A DNA stretch of 64,000 bases from a virus (IMGVR_UViG_2597490325_000001:128001-192000), one strand, 5' to 3'. Positions 45,415 through 56,037 are shown, numbered from the stretch's first letter. The notes: generated from the sequence alone by a model not told the origin. A program made the numbers and translations.

Positions 45415-46287
45415 ATGGCCACTTTAGATGCTATGGAAGATTCTGCTTTAGAAAAAGAATTTACAGTAGAGTCTTTTTTAAATAACCCTATGGGTGACAA
45501 AGGTAGTTCAGTAATGGGCAAAGCTGCCATGCTGAGTAAACTTCATAAAGATTATCAAACTTTGTTGGCTATGAAACGTCCATTCAAAGTAGGCTACTTT
45601 AATATTAAGAAAGATACATATATTAAAATTAAGGTACCATCCGAATCTTATGAAACTTTGTATTACGATGTAGTAATTAAGTTCAAAGGTACTAATGGGC
45701 ATTTACCTAGTTCTCTTAATCCATATAAAATAGAGTTCTTTAGTAATGCCCCATCATTTACTTTTACATATGCTCATGCCTTTGATGCATATGGTTGTCT
45801 TATCCCTGAACTTAAAAAGTTATTTGATAAGAAAGTTTTCCAAGATCTTCCAATTAACCGTAACCCGGATCTTATTACTTTCTATGAAAAAACTATTACT
45901 TTTGCATTATTCTATATTAAAGAAAAAGGTTATCTTAATACAAATAATGCAATAGCTAGAGATTCGGCAGTTACCACTACTCTTCAAAAATTAATAGCAG
46001 TAGTACCAACTGCTGATGAAAAACTAGCGGAACATAAGAAAGCTTCAGATGCTGCTGTAGCTACCCGTAAACAGGAACGTGCTAAGAAGAAAGCTGAGAA
46101 AATGAAAGAAGATAAAAAATCTAAAGAATCATCTGCGGACTTTAAGAATTATATCAATCGTGTTCCAGAAGCTCCTAAGAAACGTGCTGGACGTAAGCCT
46201 GGAAGTAAAAACAAAGTCAATAATACAGTAAATAATCAAGTTAAGAGTACTGTTAAGTCAAAAGTTGACAATAAAGTTAAATCTTGA
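45415..46287 (+). CDS. Hypothetical protein with basic, AT-hook-like tail
   Basis: 290 aa; KVPSES..YYDVVIKF..FSNAPSF core; tail KKRAGRKPGSKNK. Confidence 0.7.
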   Translation: MATLDAMEDSALEKEFTVESFLNNPMGDKGSSVMGKAAMLSKLHKDYQTLLAMKRPFKVGYFNIKKDTYIKIKVPSESYETLYYDVVIKFKGTNGHLPSSLNPYKIEFFSNAPSFTFTYAHAFDAYGCLIPELKKLFDKKVFQDLPINRNPDLITFYEKTITFALFYIKEKGYLNTNNAIARDSAVTTTLQKLIAVVPTADEKLAEHKKASDAAVATRKQERAKKKAEKMKEDKKSKESSADFKNYINRVPEAPKKRAGRKPGSKNKVNNTVNNQVKSTVKSKVDNKVKS

Positions 46288-46294
46288 TTGAAAA

Positions 46295-46310
46295 ATATAT
46301 TATTAACTTG
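46295..46310 (+). promoter_or_regulatory. Early-type promoter
   Basis: ATATATTAT-TAACT-TG. Confidence 0.8.
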
Positions 46311-46369
46311 AATGACCCCTATAGTTACTTAAACTATAGGGGAACCTAACAATATGGTGAGAGAAAGCA

Positions 46370-47872
46370 ATGAGTAAAGACTCTTTATTCACTCTTAGTG
46401 GAAATGATATAGAGATCAATACATCTAGTACCTTATTTAAGAATGCGTTGAAGGTACTTGACAAGGATGATAAAGATACCCTCAAGAATATGGATACGAT
46501 CATCAATATGAGTAAACGTCGTATTTTTCATAAAGGTATCGAATTATTCTTAGACGATATGAATAAGATCGTAAATGCAGCTCCAGAGATTGTTGTAACT
46601 TTCTTAATGCTTAAAGCATATATCGATGAAGAATATTTTGATGATTATAAACCAACTGGTTACAATGACGAGTCTGGTAATATCATTTTAATCAATCATC
46701 TGGTAGATGAAATTGCTTTGAATGGAGAAGTATTAGATTTTACCCGTGATGTTATTCATAAATCATATAATATTACTATCGAAAGTAATGATAAGGATAA
46801 TCATCTTCAATTTACAGATGATTACGCTAAATCTATTCTTCAAGTGGCTATGCTACTTCGTTTAGTTATTCCCTTGATTGCACACTATATGTTTAAACAA
46901 AATGTAAAACGTGACGATAATCTCTTCTTAGAAGTGGTAGGTCGCCTGTTTAACTATTTTGATAAAGAAGATAAAAAGAATCCTATTGATTTAGGTATGA
47001 AGATCCAAAAATTCGTAGAAACCGCTGTTCTGCGTACTTCATATTCTGATCAGGTTATTTGGCGGTATCTAGCTAACAAGGCTGAAAATGAAAAAACGGT
47101 TGCAATTGAAATTCAGCGTAATCTTATTTGTTATATCATTCCTAAGCTTCAGCCTAATAAGTCTATTGTATCATTCTTCCATGTCGTTATTCGCAACCAA
47201 TTAGATTTTCAATTCACGTCTAAATTTAAAGTAGAATATAAACCAATTTCTACTCTGCGTATTGATAGCGAATCTTCAAGCAATCCATTCTCACGTCTTG
47301 AACAGAAGTTGGTCAAATCTAACTCTGAAATTCATAATCAGATGTATAAAGAAGATATTGCAGACTTCATCAGTAATAATGAAGATGAAATTGATGAAGT
47401 AGAGTTAGAATACTATATGGAAAATTTAGTATGTCATACTGGACAGCATAAATTACTAACTTTCTTTATACATCGTAATATCGGTCGTATTCCTGCATTC
47501 TCTATGAGTAAGATTCAGTATGTTAAAATGTGTCTTATTGCAAGAGATTGGTTTAATAGTAAGAAATTTCCTTTCTTAGCTTATATTCTTTTAGCTAAGC
47601 CTGTTCCTCGTAAAAAACAAAATAAGAATTTCAGAAAGGGTAAAACTCTTAATGAAATTGTTAGCAGTAAATTATTTGCTCAAATTCATGAGCAGTATAA
47701 ATTCATCAGCCCTAGTGTAGAAGATTCTGCAGCACTAAGATTCATTGGTGAAATTATGTGTACTGATTTTGAATCCTATATCTTATGGGATGGAACAGAA
47801 TACGTTCCAGAAGCCAATGTAGATTACAAATCTGCTGTTGTTGAATTAATGAAATTCTTAGCTTACATCTAA
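46370..47872 (+). CDS. Probable non-virion RNAP promoter-specificity subunit (AR9 gp226-like)
   Basis: 500 aa helical protein two genes from the chaperonin (as AR9 gp226 is from gp228), with an early promoter like the other nvRNAP genes; synteny inference only. Confidence 0.55.
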   Translation: MSKDSLFTLSGNDIEINTSSTLFKNALKVLDKDDKDTLKNMDTIINMSKRRIFHKGIELFLDDMNKIVNAAPEIVVTFLMLKAYIDEEYFDDYKPTGYNDESGNIILINHLVDEIALNGEVLDFTRDVIHKSYNITIESNDKDNHLQFTDDYAKSILQVAMLLRLVIPLIAHYMFKQNVKRDDNLFLEVVGRLFNYFDKEDKKNPIDLGMKIQKFVETAVLRTSYSDQVIWRYLANKAENEKTVAIEIQRNLICYIIPKLQPNKSIVSFFHVVIRNQLDFQFTSKFKVEYKPISTLRIDSESSSNPFSRLEQKLVKSNSEIHNQMYKEDIADFISNNEDEIDEVELEYYMENLVCHTGQHKLLTFFIHRNIGRIPAFSMSKIQYVKMCLIARDWFNSKKFPFLAYILLAKPVPRKKQNKNFRKGKTLNEIVSSKLFAQIHEQYKFISPSVEDSAALRFIGEIMCTDFESYILWDGTEYVPEANVDYKSAVVELMKFLAYI

Positions 47873-47882
47873 AGGTAGAAAA

Positions 47883-48455
47883 ATGGTTAGCCGATTAATG
47901 CAATATGGTTATGAAACAAGTAAAGTGTATTTCCTCCTGCCAAAAAATGCAAAGAATGAAAAATTGTATGATGATGTAAATGTAGAAATGTTTAAGGAAC
48001 CATTTTTAGTTCTCGAAAATATTAAAACTGATTTAGTTGATGCTAGAAATCGTAAATTACATGCTCCTAAGAAAATTCAATTTAACCGTAATGGTGTATT
48101 GGTTGATGTAGAGGTAAGTTGTCCTGAAGCTTATATTCATGGAGCACCTCTTGAAGTAGTTGGTAGCAAATGTTTAGGTAAACATAATCCTTCTAGTTTC
48201 AAGAAGGGTAGAACTTATAAGTCGTATTGGGATCACACTGAAGAATATCTCAGAACTATTGGTAGCTTTGACGCTAATCAAAAATGTTGTGCATTCCGTA
48301 ATTTTATCCAACATTATGGAAACTACTTTACAGTATTAAAAGTAGATAATATCGGCATTGTTGAAGCAATTGGTAGTCAAGGTCGAATTTATACTCGCCC
48401 TGATGCTTCAGCATTTGTTTATCATAGTTCTGCATGGTTCTTTACGGAAATCTAA
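47883..48455 (+). CDS. Hypothetical protein
   Basis: 190 aa, AAGG RBS. Confidence 0.7.
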   Translation: MVSRLMQYGYETSKVYFLLPKNAKNEKLYDDVNVEMFKEPFLVLENIKTDLVDARNRKLHAPKKIQFNRNGVLVDVEVSCPEAYIHGAPLEVVGSKCLGKHNPSSFKKGRTYKSYWDHTEEYLRTIGSFDANQKCCAFRNFIQHYGNYFTVLKVDNIGIVEAIGSQGRIYTRPDASAFVYHSSAWFFTEI

Positions 48456-49517
48456 ATGGATAATCTTATAGAAGAACTCTATAACGACTTCCAAAGTAAG
48501 AAAAAGGTGGCATATTTCAACACATCTAAGACAGAATTAGCTGTACGCTGTCCTTATTGTGGTGACTCTACTAATGACTTAACACATGCCCACTTTTATA
48601 TTCAAACTGTTGCACCATTTAAGTATTTTTGTCAACGTTGTAACGTTAAGGGTTATATCTCAAATAAGACTCTTAACGATTTTGACAGTGAAAATGCTGA
48701 ACTTGGAAGAGAGTTTGAAAGAACAGTACGCCACCATCTAAAAGATACAACTGTAGGTGGTGAATCTTTACTTTCTCAGTTAGGTAAGAAAAAATCTCTA
48801 GATTTGTATAAAGAAGATTCTAAAGCTTTTGCATTCAAAAAGAGATATATGGAAAATCGTTTAGGTGTTGAGTTAAGTACTGAAGATTTGATGGATATGC
48901 GGGTAATAATGAATTATACTCGCTTTATCAAGTCTAATAATTGCAAAAACTTGATGAATCATTACGATAATCCAAAATATTCCAATAGGCTCGATTTACT
49001 AAGTCATTTGAATAAATTTTCTGTAGGTTTTCTATCGTCAGATAGTAATTTTGTAACTTTCCGTCATGGAAAACCTTATACTAATGGGAAAGTAGAACGT
49101 CGTTATTTTACTGAAAATTTAAATATGCCAATTGAAATAGGTGAACGTACTTATTTCATTAAAAATGATATTGATATCTTAACGCCTGTTTTAGATGTCA
49201 TAATGACCGAAGGTATTATAGATCTTCAAAGCGTTTATCATAATTTGTATGATGGAATTCAAAGCCCGAATATGGCTTTCCTTGCTGTATGTGGTAAATC
49301 CTATAATTTACCATTATTTAATCTAAGGCGATTAGGCTTCTTAAAGATGAATCTGCATATTTATTCGGATTCAGATGTCCATCTCAATTATTATAAGAAA
49401 GTACTAGACCCTCGTTTCTTTGATAAGATTCTAGTATCATATAATGAAATGGAAGGAGAAAAGGATTTCGGTGTACCTATTAATAAGATCAAAAAACGTA
49501 CTAAAAAAATAAAATAG
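48456..49517 (+). CDS. DNA primase (T4 gp61-like)
   Basis: RCPYCGDS..H..YFCQRC zinc finger; TOPRIM TEGIID and YSDSD; EKDFG. Confidence 0.88.
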   Translation: MDNLIEELYNDFQSKKKVAYFNTSKTELAVRCPYCGDSTNDLTHAHFYIQTVAPFKYFCQRCNVKGYISNKTLNDFDSENAELGREFERTVRHHLKDTTVGGESLLSQLGKKKSLDLYKEDSKAFAFKKRYMENRLGVELSTEDLMDMRVIMNYTRFIKSNNCKNLMNHYDNPKYSNRLDLLSHLNKFSVGFLSSDSNFVTFRHGKPYTNGKVERRYFTENLNMPIEIGERTYFIKNDIDILTPVLDVIMTEGIIDLQSVYHNLYDGIQSPNMAFLAVCGKSYNLPLFNLRRLGFLKMNLHIYSDSDVHLNYYKKVLDPRFFDKILVSYNEMEGEKDFGVPINKIKKRTKKIK

Positions 49518-49527
49518 TATAATAATG

Positions 49528-49543
49528 ATATATTATTTTATTG
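49528..49543 (+). promoter_or_regulatory. Early-type promoter
   Basis: ATATATTAT-TTTAT-TG. Confidence 0.8.
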
Positions 49544-49571
49544 AAGTAAACTAAAATAAGAGGAAATAAAA

Positions 49572-50129
49572 ATGAGTCAGCTGTTGGAATTGGAAGTAAT
49601 CAAGAAAATGATGTTAGACTTTGCTGAGGACGAAAGTTTTGTAGCAGATAGTATTATTACTCTTGATTATCTTGAAAAACAAGTTTATCCGGTATTGGAA
49701 AAGAATGCATACCTCGTAGATAACTTGAAAGAATTCTTTGACTCTGAGAACCTATCGGAAGTCCTTACTTTCATTGGTCAAAAAGATAATCTTAAATTCT
49801 TCATTGAGCTTGTCACTTATATTCGTAAAACATGGACTGATGATAAGACTATGGACTATCATCATGCTATTCTCCGTGGTGAATTGAATACTTTTTATGC
49901 TCATGAAATTAATACAAATTCATATAATGTTCGTATTGACTATACGTTAAATGTTCTTAGAGAAGAATTTGGTGAAGAATCTACCTCTCCAGATTTGAGT
50001 TTAGAACAACTACTATCATTTATGCTTTTCCAAGTTGTAAACGATAGTAATGCGTTTATTAAGTTTGAAAATATCAAGGATGTACTGGTTACTCCAGAGC
50101 AATTTGTTGATGCATTGGAGGAATTCTAA
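49572..50129 (+). CDS. Acidic hypothetical protein
   Basis: 185 aa, GAGG RBS. Confidence 0.75.
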   Translation: MSQLLELEVIKKMMLDFAEDESFVADSIITLDYLEKQVYPVLEKNAYLVDNLKEFFDSENLSEVLTFIGQKDNLKFFIELVTYIRKTWTDDKTMDYHHAILRGELNTFYAHEINTNSYNVRIDYTLNVLREEFGEESTSPDLSLEQLLSFMLFQVVNDSNAFIKFENIKDVLVTPEQFVDALEEF

Positions 50130-50584
50130 TGGTTACTGGTATTGTTCCTACTTTTTCTAATGATGCAATTCATAATTCTAATACAATTACTTTGTCTCAT
50201 GATGAAACTAAATATGGGCTTAAGCTCCATGTAAAATACAATACTAAGTATTTTAAAGCTGGATTCATGTTGCCAAAAGGGAAGTATTCGATATCTGGTA
50301 ACATGAATATTTACTGTCTTTCTAAAGATCATCAATTTTCTCAGAATGACTCTTCCAGCTTTAATAAAGAAATTGAAGTCGTAGAAGATCTAGATGTGCA
50401 TAAGATTGAATCGTTTTGGCAAAACGTATTTAATACTCTTCCTTTACTTGATCAAAAAATCGGAGTAATGCAACATAGAGATAGTACTGGAGAATTAACT
50501 GTACATATCGATTTTGAACTTTTTAGTGATAATGACATGTATCTTACTACTCCTCTTCTAAGACTTCAGACCACTGCCAAATAA
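50129..50584 (+). CDS. Hypothetical protein
   Basis: 151 aa, GGAGG RBS, TAATG overlap. Confidence 0.75.
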   Translation: MVTGIVPTFSNDAIHNSNTITLSHDETKYGLKLHVKYNTKYFKAGFMLPKGKYSISGNMNIYCLSKDHQFSQNDSSSFNKEIEVVEDLDVHKIESFWQNVFNTLPLLDQKIGVMQHRDSTGELTVHIDFELFSDNDMYLTTPLLRLQTTAK

Positions 50585-50595
50585 GGACACATTTA

Positions 50596-51819
50596 ATGGG
50601 TGTTTTAACGAAAAGCTTGCAGAAAGAATCAGCTAAGACTAACAAGCGTGATGATTATTCTGCTGCCGATCTCATGCACGTTCCGACTGGTTTTGATGCA
50701 ATCGACTATGAAGGTGGTACGATTGTAGAAGATATTGATGGTGATCCGATGCTTAATATCGGTTTACCTATGGGTAAAATTATTCTATGTTGTGGTAACT
50801 CTCAGGCTGGTAAAACTACTGGTGCTCTGCAGTTTGCTAATGGCATGGCTTCTCATTTAGATGGTGACGTTGTTATCTTTGACTTTGAACGTGGCATTCT
50901 TGATCCTCGTTCACGTATTCGTAACCTTTGCCGTTTATCTAATGACGAATATGATAACCGTTTTACCATTTATAAAAATGCTGGTATGTCAGTCGAGTTC
51001 TTTAAAAAGCAAATCTTCAAGATTGTAGAACTTAAAGAAAAACTGGCTAAAGCTGATATGGTTGACTGGTATATGCTTAACGGTGCTCCTGTTAAGATTT
51101 ACCCACCAACGTATGTACTTCTTGACTCAATTCCGTCTATGAAGCCGGAAGATGTTCTGAATGACTCTTCTCTCGACAATAACATGGTATTCAGTAAAAT
51201 GGCTGCCGCAAATAGCGCCATGCTTACTAGTATCGTTAACGTTCTTGAAAAATACAATATCACTTTGATTTGTATTAACCATATCACCACCAAAATCATT
51301 ATCAATGCTTATGGGCCTCGTAAAGTTCTTCTTCCAGGTATGGAACCTGAAGAAAACCTGCCAGGTGGTAACAAATTTGTTTACCTCCCTTCTTATGTAT
51401 TGAAATTTGCTTCTGGTAAAGCTTTAAATAAAGATAAAGACTTTAAAGTAAATGGTCGTGTTACCAACTGTACCTTCCTTAAGTCTCGTTCTAGCTTTAA
51501 CGGTGCTAAGCTACCTCTGGCAGTAACTGAAAAGCATGGCTTTAGTAATGTCATGACTAACATCCTTGCTATGAAAGAAGAAAAGATGTTAAAAGGTACT
51601 GGTCAGGGTGGATTCTGGTTTGAAGGTCATGAAGATATGAAATTCAAACAAAGTGAATTTATTAAAAAATATAATAAAGACACTGAGTTCCAGGAAATGT
51701 TCGATGAAGTATCATCTGAATTCTGGCAGGGTCGTCTTGAAGATCGCTTTGGCGATGAATACGATAGTGTTGAGAAGTCTAAAGGTAATGACTTCGATGA
51801 CGATGATGATGATGAATAA
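50596..51819 (+). CDS. uvsX: RecA/UvsX-like recombinase
   Basis: PTGFDAID, GLPMGKI, Walker A GNSQAGKTT, DFE, Walker B VLLDSI, LICINH, PGG; acidic tail. Confidence 0.92.
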   Translation: MGVLTKSLQKESAKTNKRDDYSAADLMHVPTGFDAIDYEGGTIVEDIDGDPMLNIGLPMGKIILCCGNSQAGKTTGALQFANGMASHLDGDVVIFDFERGILDPRSRIRNLCRLSNDEYDNRFTIYKNAGMSVEFFKKQIFKIVELKEKLAKADMVDWYMLNGAPVKIYPPTYVLLDSIPSMKPEDVLNDSSLDNNMVFSKMAAANSAMLTSIVNVLEKYNITLICINHITTKIIINAYGPRKVLLPGMEPEENLPGGNKFVYLPSYVLKFASGKALNKDKDFKVNGRVTNCTFLKSRSSFNGAKLPLAVTEKHGFSNVMTNILAMKEEKMLKGTGQGGFWFEGHEDMKFKQSEFIKKYNKDTEFQEMFDEVSSEFWQGRLEDRFGDEYDSVEKSKGNDFDDDDDDE

Positions 51820-51827
51820 TTAAATAC

Positions 51828-51867
51828 TCCCCTATAAGGTTAATTCCTTATAGGGGATCTTTTTTTT
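51828..51867 (+). terminator. Intrinsic terminator
   Basis: TCCCCTATAAGG-ttaatt-CCTTATAGGGGA then T-tract. Confidence 0.8.
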
Positions 51868-51890
51868 ACGTATTTGTTAGACTATCAAGT

Positions 51891-51906
51891 ATATATTATT
51901 TTAGTG
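51891..51906 (+). promoter_or_regulatory. Early-type promoter
   Basis: ATATATTAT-TTTAG-TG. Confidence 0.8.
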
Positions 51907-51964
51907 AAAAGATAGTTAAATCAATTATCTTTTATAATAATTTAAATATTGGAGTTAACAGAAT

Positions 51965-52288
51965 ATGACCGCATTAGTTGGAACTGAAGTTAAAGTACAT
52001 TTCAAATCATCAAATGGTGAAACTACTTCTTTTGATATTGAAATTACTGAAGAGGAAATTGGTAAAAGCTGGATTTGGACTAAGATTTCTTATACCAATG
52101 GTTTAACTGCTGTCAGTGCTACTGAAAAGCGTAAAGGTATGATCTGCTGGAATAAGAAAACTGGTAAACGACGTTGGCAAGCCGCTAATGAAGATTTATG
52201 GAATTACTACTGGATTAGTCCGTCTGATTTCAAGACTAATATGCCAGTAACACGCTTAGGTTTAGCGAAAATTTACGGGAATATGTAA
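51965..52288 (+). CDS. Small early hypothetical protein
   Basis: 107 aa, GGAG RBS, Trp-rich. Confidence 0.75.
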   Translation: MTALVGTEVKVHFKSSNGETTSFDIEITEEEIGKSWIWTKISYTNGLTAVSATEKRKGMICWNKKTGKRRWQAANEDLWNYYWISPSDFKTNMPVTRLGLAKIYGNM

Positions 52289-52325
52289 CTTTTTATATGT
52301 TCCACTAATAATTATATACATACTG

Positions 52326-52423
52326 ATCAAAAGCCACTACTCTCCGACATGAGAGTTTTTGATGAGAAAGCTCAGGGGCATTATTTCCCTACCCGCCTAT
52401 AGATTTAGGCGGGATTTTTTTTT
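52326..52423 (+). ncRNA. Candidate structured small RNA / 3'UTR element
   Basis: GC-enriched non-coding island with four consecutive hairpins ending in CCCGCCTA-tagatt-TAGGCGGG-A-T9. Confidence 0.5.
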
Positions 52424-52447
52424 ATCGTATAATAGCAAATTTCATTA

Positions 52448-52463
52448 ATATATTATAATGATG
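52448..52463 (+). promoter_or_regulatory. Early-type promoter
   Basis: ATATATTAT-AATGA-TG. Confidence 0.75.
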
Positions 52464-52490
52464 ATATCAATTATACTAACAAGGTACAAT

Positions 52491-52736
52491 ATGGAAATTC
52501 TTTCATTAGTAATCTTAAAGACTAATGGGTTTCAAATTCCTCCAGAAATTACTGTGGTAAGTAATTATGGAAGAGAGACTCTCGTTATTAATGATGAGCA
52601 TACTAACCGTGTATCTGGCACGTCAATGCTTGTTAAAGGTACAGCCGAAAATCTGAAAAAGATGATCGAAATTAATAAAGGTGTTTGGACTTCAAGTAAC
52701 CCAATGTTTGGTGGTTGGGATTTCCGAACTGTATAA
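52491..52736 (+). CDS. Small early hypothetical protein (start moved to 52491)
   Basis: AAGG RBS before MEILS; the ATGs at 52458/52461 lie within the promoter. Confidence 0.7.
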   Translation: MEILSLVILKTNGFQIPPEITVVSNYGRETLVINDEHTNRVSGTSMLVKGTAENLKKMIEINKGVWTSSNPMFGGWDFRTV

Positions 52737-52777
52737 CTCTTAAGTAAAAAAAAAATAATTTTAATAAAGGTACTATT

Positions 52778-53353
52778 ATGAAAAACTCTCTCATCGAAAA
52801 ATTGTTTTCTGTAAAAGCTCCTGTTTCAAATAATGCAATCCAGACAGTAGTTGGTAAGGCTGAAGTACGGAAAATGATTTTCCATTATTATACAGAAGGT
52901 TCAATTAGTGAATCATTTGCTGAAATGATTTTGGGTATGAAAGTCACCAAGAAAGTTCCAATGGTAGGTAATTTCATACCTGAAGAGATTCTTCGTATTG
53001 AAGAACTTAATGCGAAAAACTTCTTTAAGTTGGTTGGTACCGATAAGGTATTCTTCTCTCCGGTAAAAAATACTGGCTTCTATGAAGTATATTATGCTTT
53101 CCAGTCAGATGTAGAAAATAAAGATGGTAATCTGGTACTACGCTCTAAAGAAGAGTCTACCAATACCAAAATCAGTTCTAAGGCCAAGTTTGAAAAAACT
53201 AAAGTAGAAAGTGCAGTGTATTTTGAAAAAGATACAATGTATATCTGCTTAGCTGATGAATTGATGTTACATTATCTCTCTCCTGAAGTATTCAGTTACA
53301 ATGAAGAAGAGCGAATTATCTATGACAGTAATCTGTCATTAGTAACCAGTTAA
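52778..53353 (+). CDS. Hypothetical protein
   Basis: 191 aa, AAGG RBS. Confidence 0.75.
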   Translation: MKNSLIEKLFSVKAPVSNNAIQTVVGKAEVRKMIFHYYTEGSISESFAEMILGMKVTKKVPMVGNFIPEEILRIEELNAKNFFKLVGTDKVFFSPVKNTGFYEVYYAFQSDVENKDGNLVLRSKEESTNTKISSKAKFEKTKVESAVYFEKDTMYICLADELMLHYLSPEVFSYNEEERIIYDSNLSLVTS

Positions 53354-53375
53354 TTCTCTCTCTGTAAGCCCCTGT

Positions 53376-55998
53376 ATGGGGCTTTATTTTTATGGTGACT
53401 ATATGTTTATAGTAAAATATCCAGTAACTGAAAAAGATAGAAATGTGAATTTTTGGTCTGTAGGGAAATTATTCATTGCATATAATTTCTTTCTCCTGTT
53501 AGAAAACAGGAAAAGATATCCTTTTACTAGTTGGGATGACTATATCTACAAATATATTGCTCCTGACAGAGATCTTGAAAGATCTTTTAATATAATTTGT
53601 ATTGAGCGAATAAGAAAAGTAAAAAGAGCTACATTAGTAGATGAAGCTCTAGGATCACAACTTTATTCTATTTCCACTAACGTATTAAGAAGCGGGTTAT
53701 TTAGATTATGTTCACGTTCAAAAGGGACTCTGTATCAAGGGGTGATCAGGAACTGTATGACTTGGTAGCAACTCTTTCTACATTTCATTTGCAAGTTATA
53801 TTAGGTATGGAACGTTCTGATCAGTACACTTTTTATGAATTTATAACTAGTGGTCATTTTAGAAATTATTTGTTACTTGATCATCCGATAGATATGATGA
53901 TTAGAATACCTTTAACTAAACCGACAGCTAAGATATTGATATCTACTGGCAGGATAATACCATGTTACTTCTAGTTCTTCATCCAGAATCAAGTACTGAT
54001 ATGAAAACATATGCCAATCTTTTGAAAATACCTTTTCATCGTTTAGGTGTATCAGGGCTATGTTTTAAATTTTTAGATCTAATTCATAAGCCCACTAGCG
54101 AAATTCATTTTATGAATAATGATGATTATCTTGAGGGGGCTAAAAATTTTGGACATTTTCAAGTGCTTCATAGACCTGCTGATTCAATAAATGCAATAAC
54201 ACCTTTACTGAATTATGTTTTGTATATTAATTCAGATGTTTTTTCGATATATTGTATGAGACCTTATCATGCGAATCTATAAAGTTAAGAAAATATATTA
54301 TGTTTCTTATATAATGAAACAAATGGTTTTTTCTCTTACAAATATTGATTCTCCTGGATTTAAATTAAGATTATGGCATTCTTTAATAATCTATAATGGC
54401 GGAATGCGCCTTATCCCAGGAGTGTATTATTTTGATGATACAACTCATCTTGATGAAATGGTTCAAATGTCAGCCATTTTTACCGAAAATAATACTACTA
54501 ACCATACTAATTATCTGGATGATGAACGTATGGTTAGGTCTGATAGTTTTTTGATATATGTTACTGGAGAAAACAATTCTACTAGAATTTCCACTCCTTA
54601 TTCTTATTTGCAAAGGGTACAAGATGTATTATGCTTAAACTTAAATGTGCAAATAACCGATTAAGTATTGGTTATGTAAGATCAAGTAAAGATTTGGAGT
54701 TAGTTCGATTACATGGAAAGAAATTCATTAATAATAATAGACTGCTGGTAATGGATTTAAATTGTAATCATTCAGCAACTATAGATTATTTTAGTGATAG
54801 GGTGATAGTTACAAGTGTTTTTGATTTAGATACTCAGATGCTTAAAGTGCAAAGAGAATTAATGAATAATGGTATTAGCGGTGCTTATAGTTCTAGAAGC
54901 TTCAAAAGTATGGGTTCAGCTTTATTTGGCACAACAGACGGAAGAATAGAAACCATGCATATAGAAGAACATCAGTTATACATTGAAGGTAAAAAGTTAT
55001 GGTAATCCATCAAGTGCCTATACCTCATGAATATCATTTTTCAGAAAATTGGTTCTACCGAGCTTTAAGAGTTTTATCAATCAGTTTTATCGGGTTTCAG
55101 TTTCTGGAAGATGGAGAAGATTACTCTCCTTTTTATATGAAAGATTCTGACAATAAGACTATGAGTGATTATTTTAATACAGAACATGATTCTACTAAAT
55201 CTCGTAGATCTTGGTTTGATAGTGTGTCTGAATATATAACTGATATGGTTGATTGGTCTAGTGACGAAGATGAAAGAGTAGCCATTAAGTCTATAGTTAA
55301 AGAGGAATTCTTTAACTACTACCAGCGAATCGTGAATTCGGATATAATTAATTTAGAAGGTACCACTCTACATGGTTTACCTCCAAATAAAAATGGTATA
55401 ACTTCTAGTACTGTCATAATTTTACTCCATATTTTCTTTAAAACGGAAATAAAGTATGTTCAAAATCACATTTATTAAAGAAAGAATGAATTTATTTGCT
55501 GGTACACCATTATTAGGTTGCTTAGAAGCTTTCAATCCTTTATCAAGAATAGACACATTAGAAGGGTTAAAGCATAAAACTATTTCTAATACAGGAATAA
55601 AGTTTTTTGCAGCATTAGAAAAAGTACTTATTACCCCTCCAAAAAAATATCATAAAACTTTTGAAGAATTAGATATAGATTCTTTTAATACTTCATTAGA
55701 TAATTTTAAAAAATCTAATTCTGTTACTTTTCCATATCGCCGTCATCAGTTATATTCATCTACTCCTAGCGGTAAATCAAACTTTTCAGCATATATACTT
55801 GCTTCAAAAATGTCAAGTAGAGACTTAGATGAATTAGTCTTAGATAAAGACTTAATATTTTATATTAAGTATCCTGAAACCATTGCCCCGCTTAATCTAG
55901 CAAATATACCTAATTTAACAGGTCTACATTTACGAGCTAGACGATCAATTTCTCCTAATTATATACTAGATTCATTGTCTGGTATTGAAGATAACTAA
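53376..55998 (+). CDS. Chain of seven overlapping small hypothetical ORFs (53376-53768, 53708-53974, 53962-54282, 54269-54664, 54631-55005, 54999-55478, 55456-55998)
   Basis: All + strand, each overlapping the next, 88-180 aa, rich in AGA/ATA codons; exact starts uncertain. Confidence 0.55.
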
Positions 55999-56002
55999 AA
56001 AA

Positions 56003-56037
56003 TTGAGAAACTCTAACTAATCATTAGAGTTTCTCAA
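56003..56037 (+). terminator. 14-bp hairpin (terminator-like) with embedded AACT-N6-TAG
   Basis: TTGAGAAACTCTAA-ctaatca-TTAGAGTTTCTCAA. Confidence 0.6.

Noticed and set aside
52322-52375. Hammerhead ribozyme (CTGATCA, TGATGAG..GAAA-like words)
   Set aside because: No CUGANGA followed by stem II and GAAA in the required order
52383-52390. ATTTCCCT similarity to enterobacterial ArcZ/SdsR seed regions
   Set aside because: Only 7-8 nt and recalled from memory; chance level
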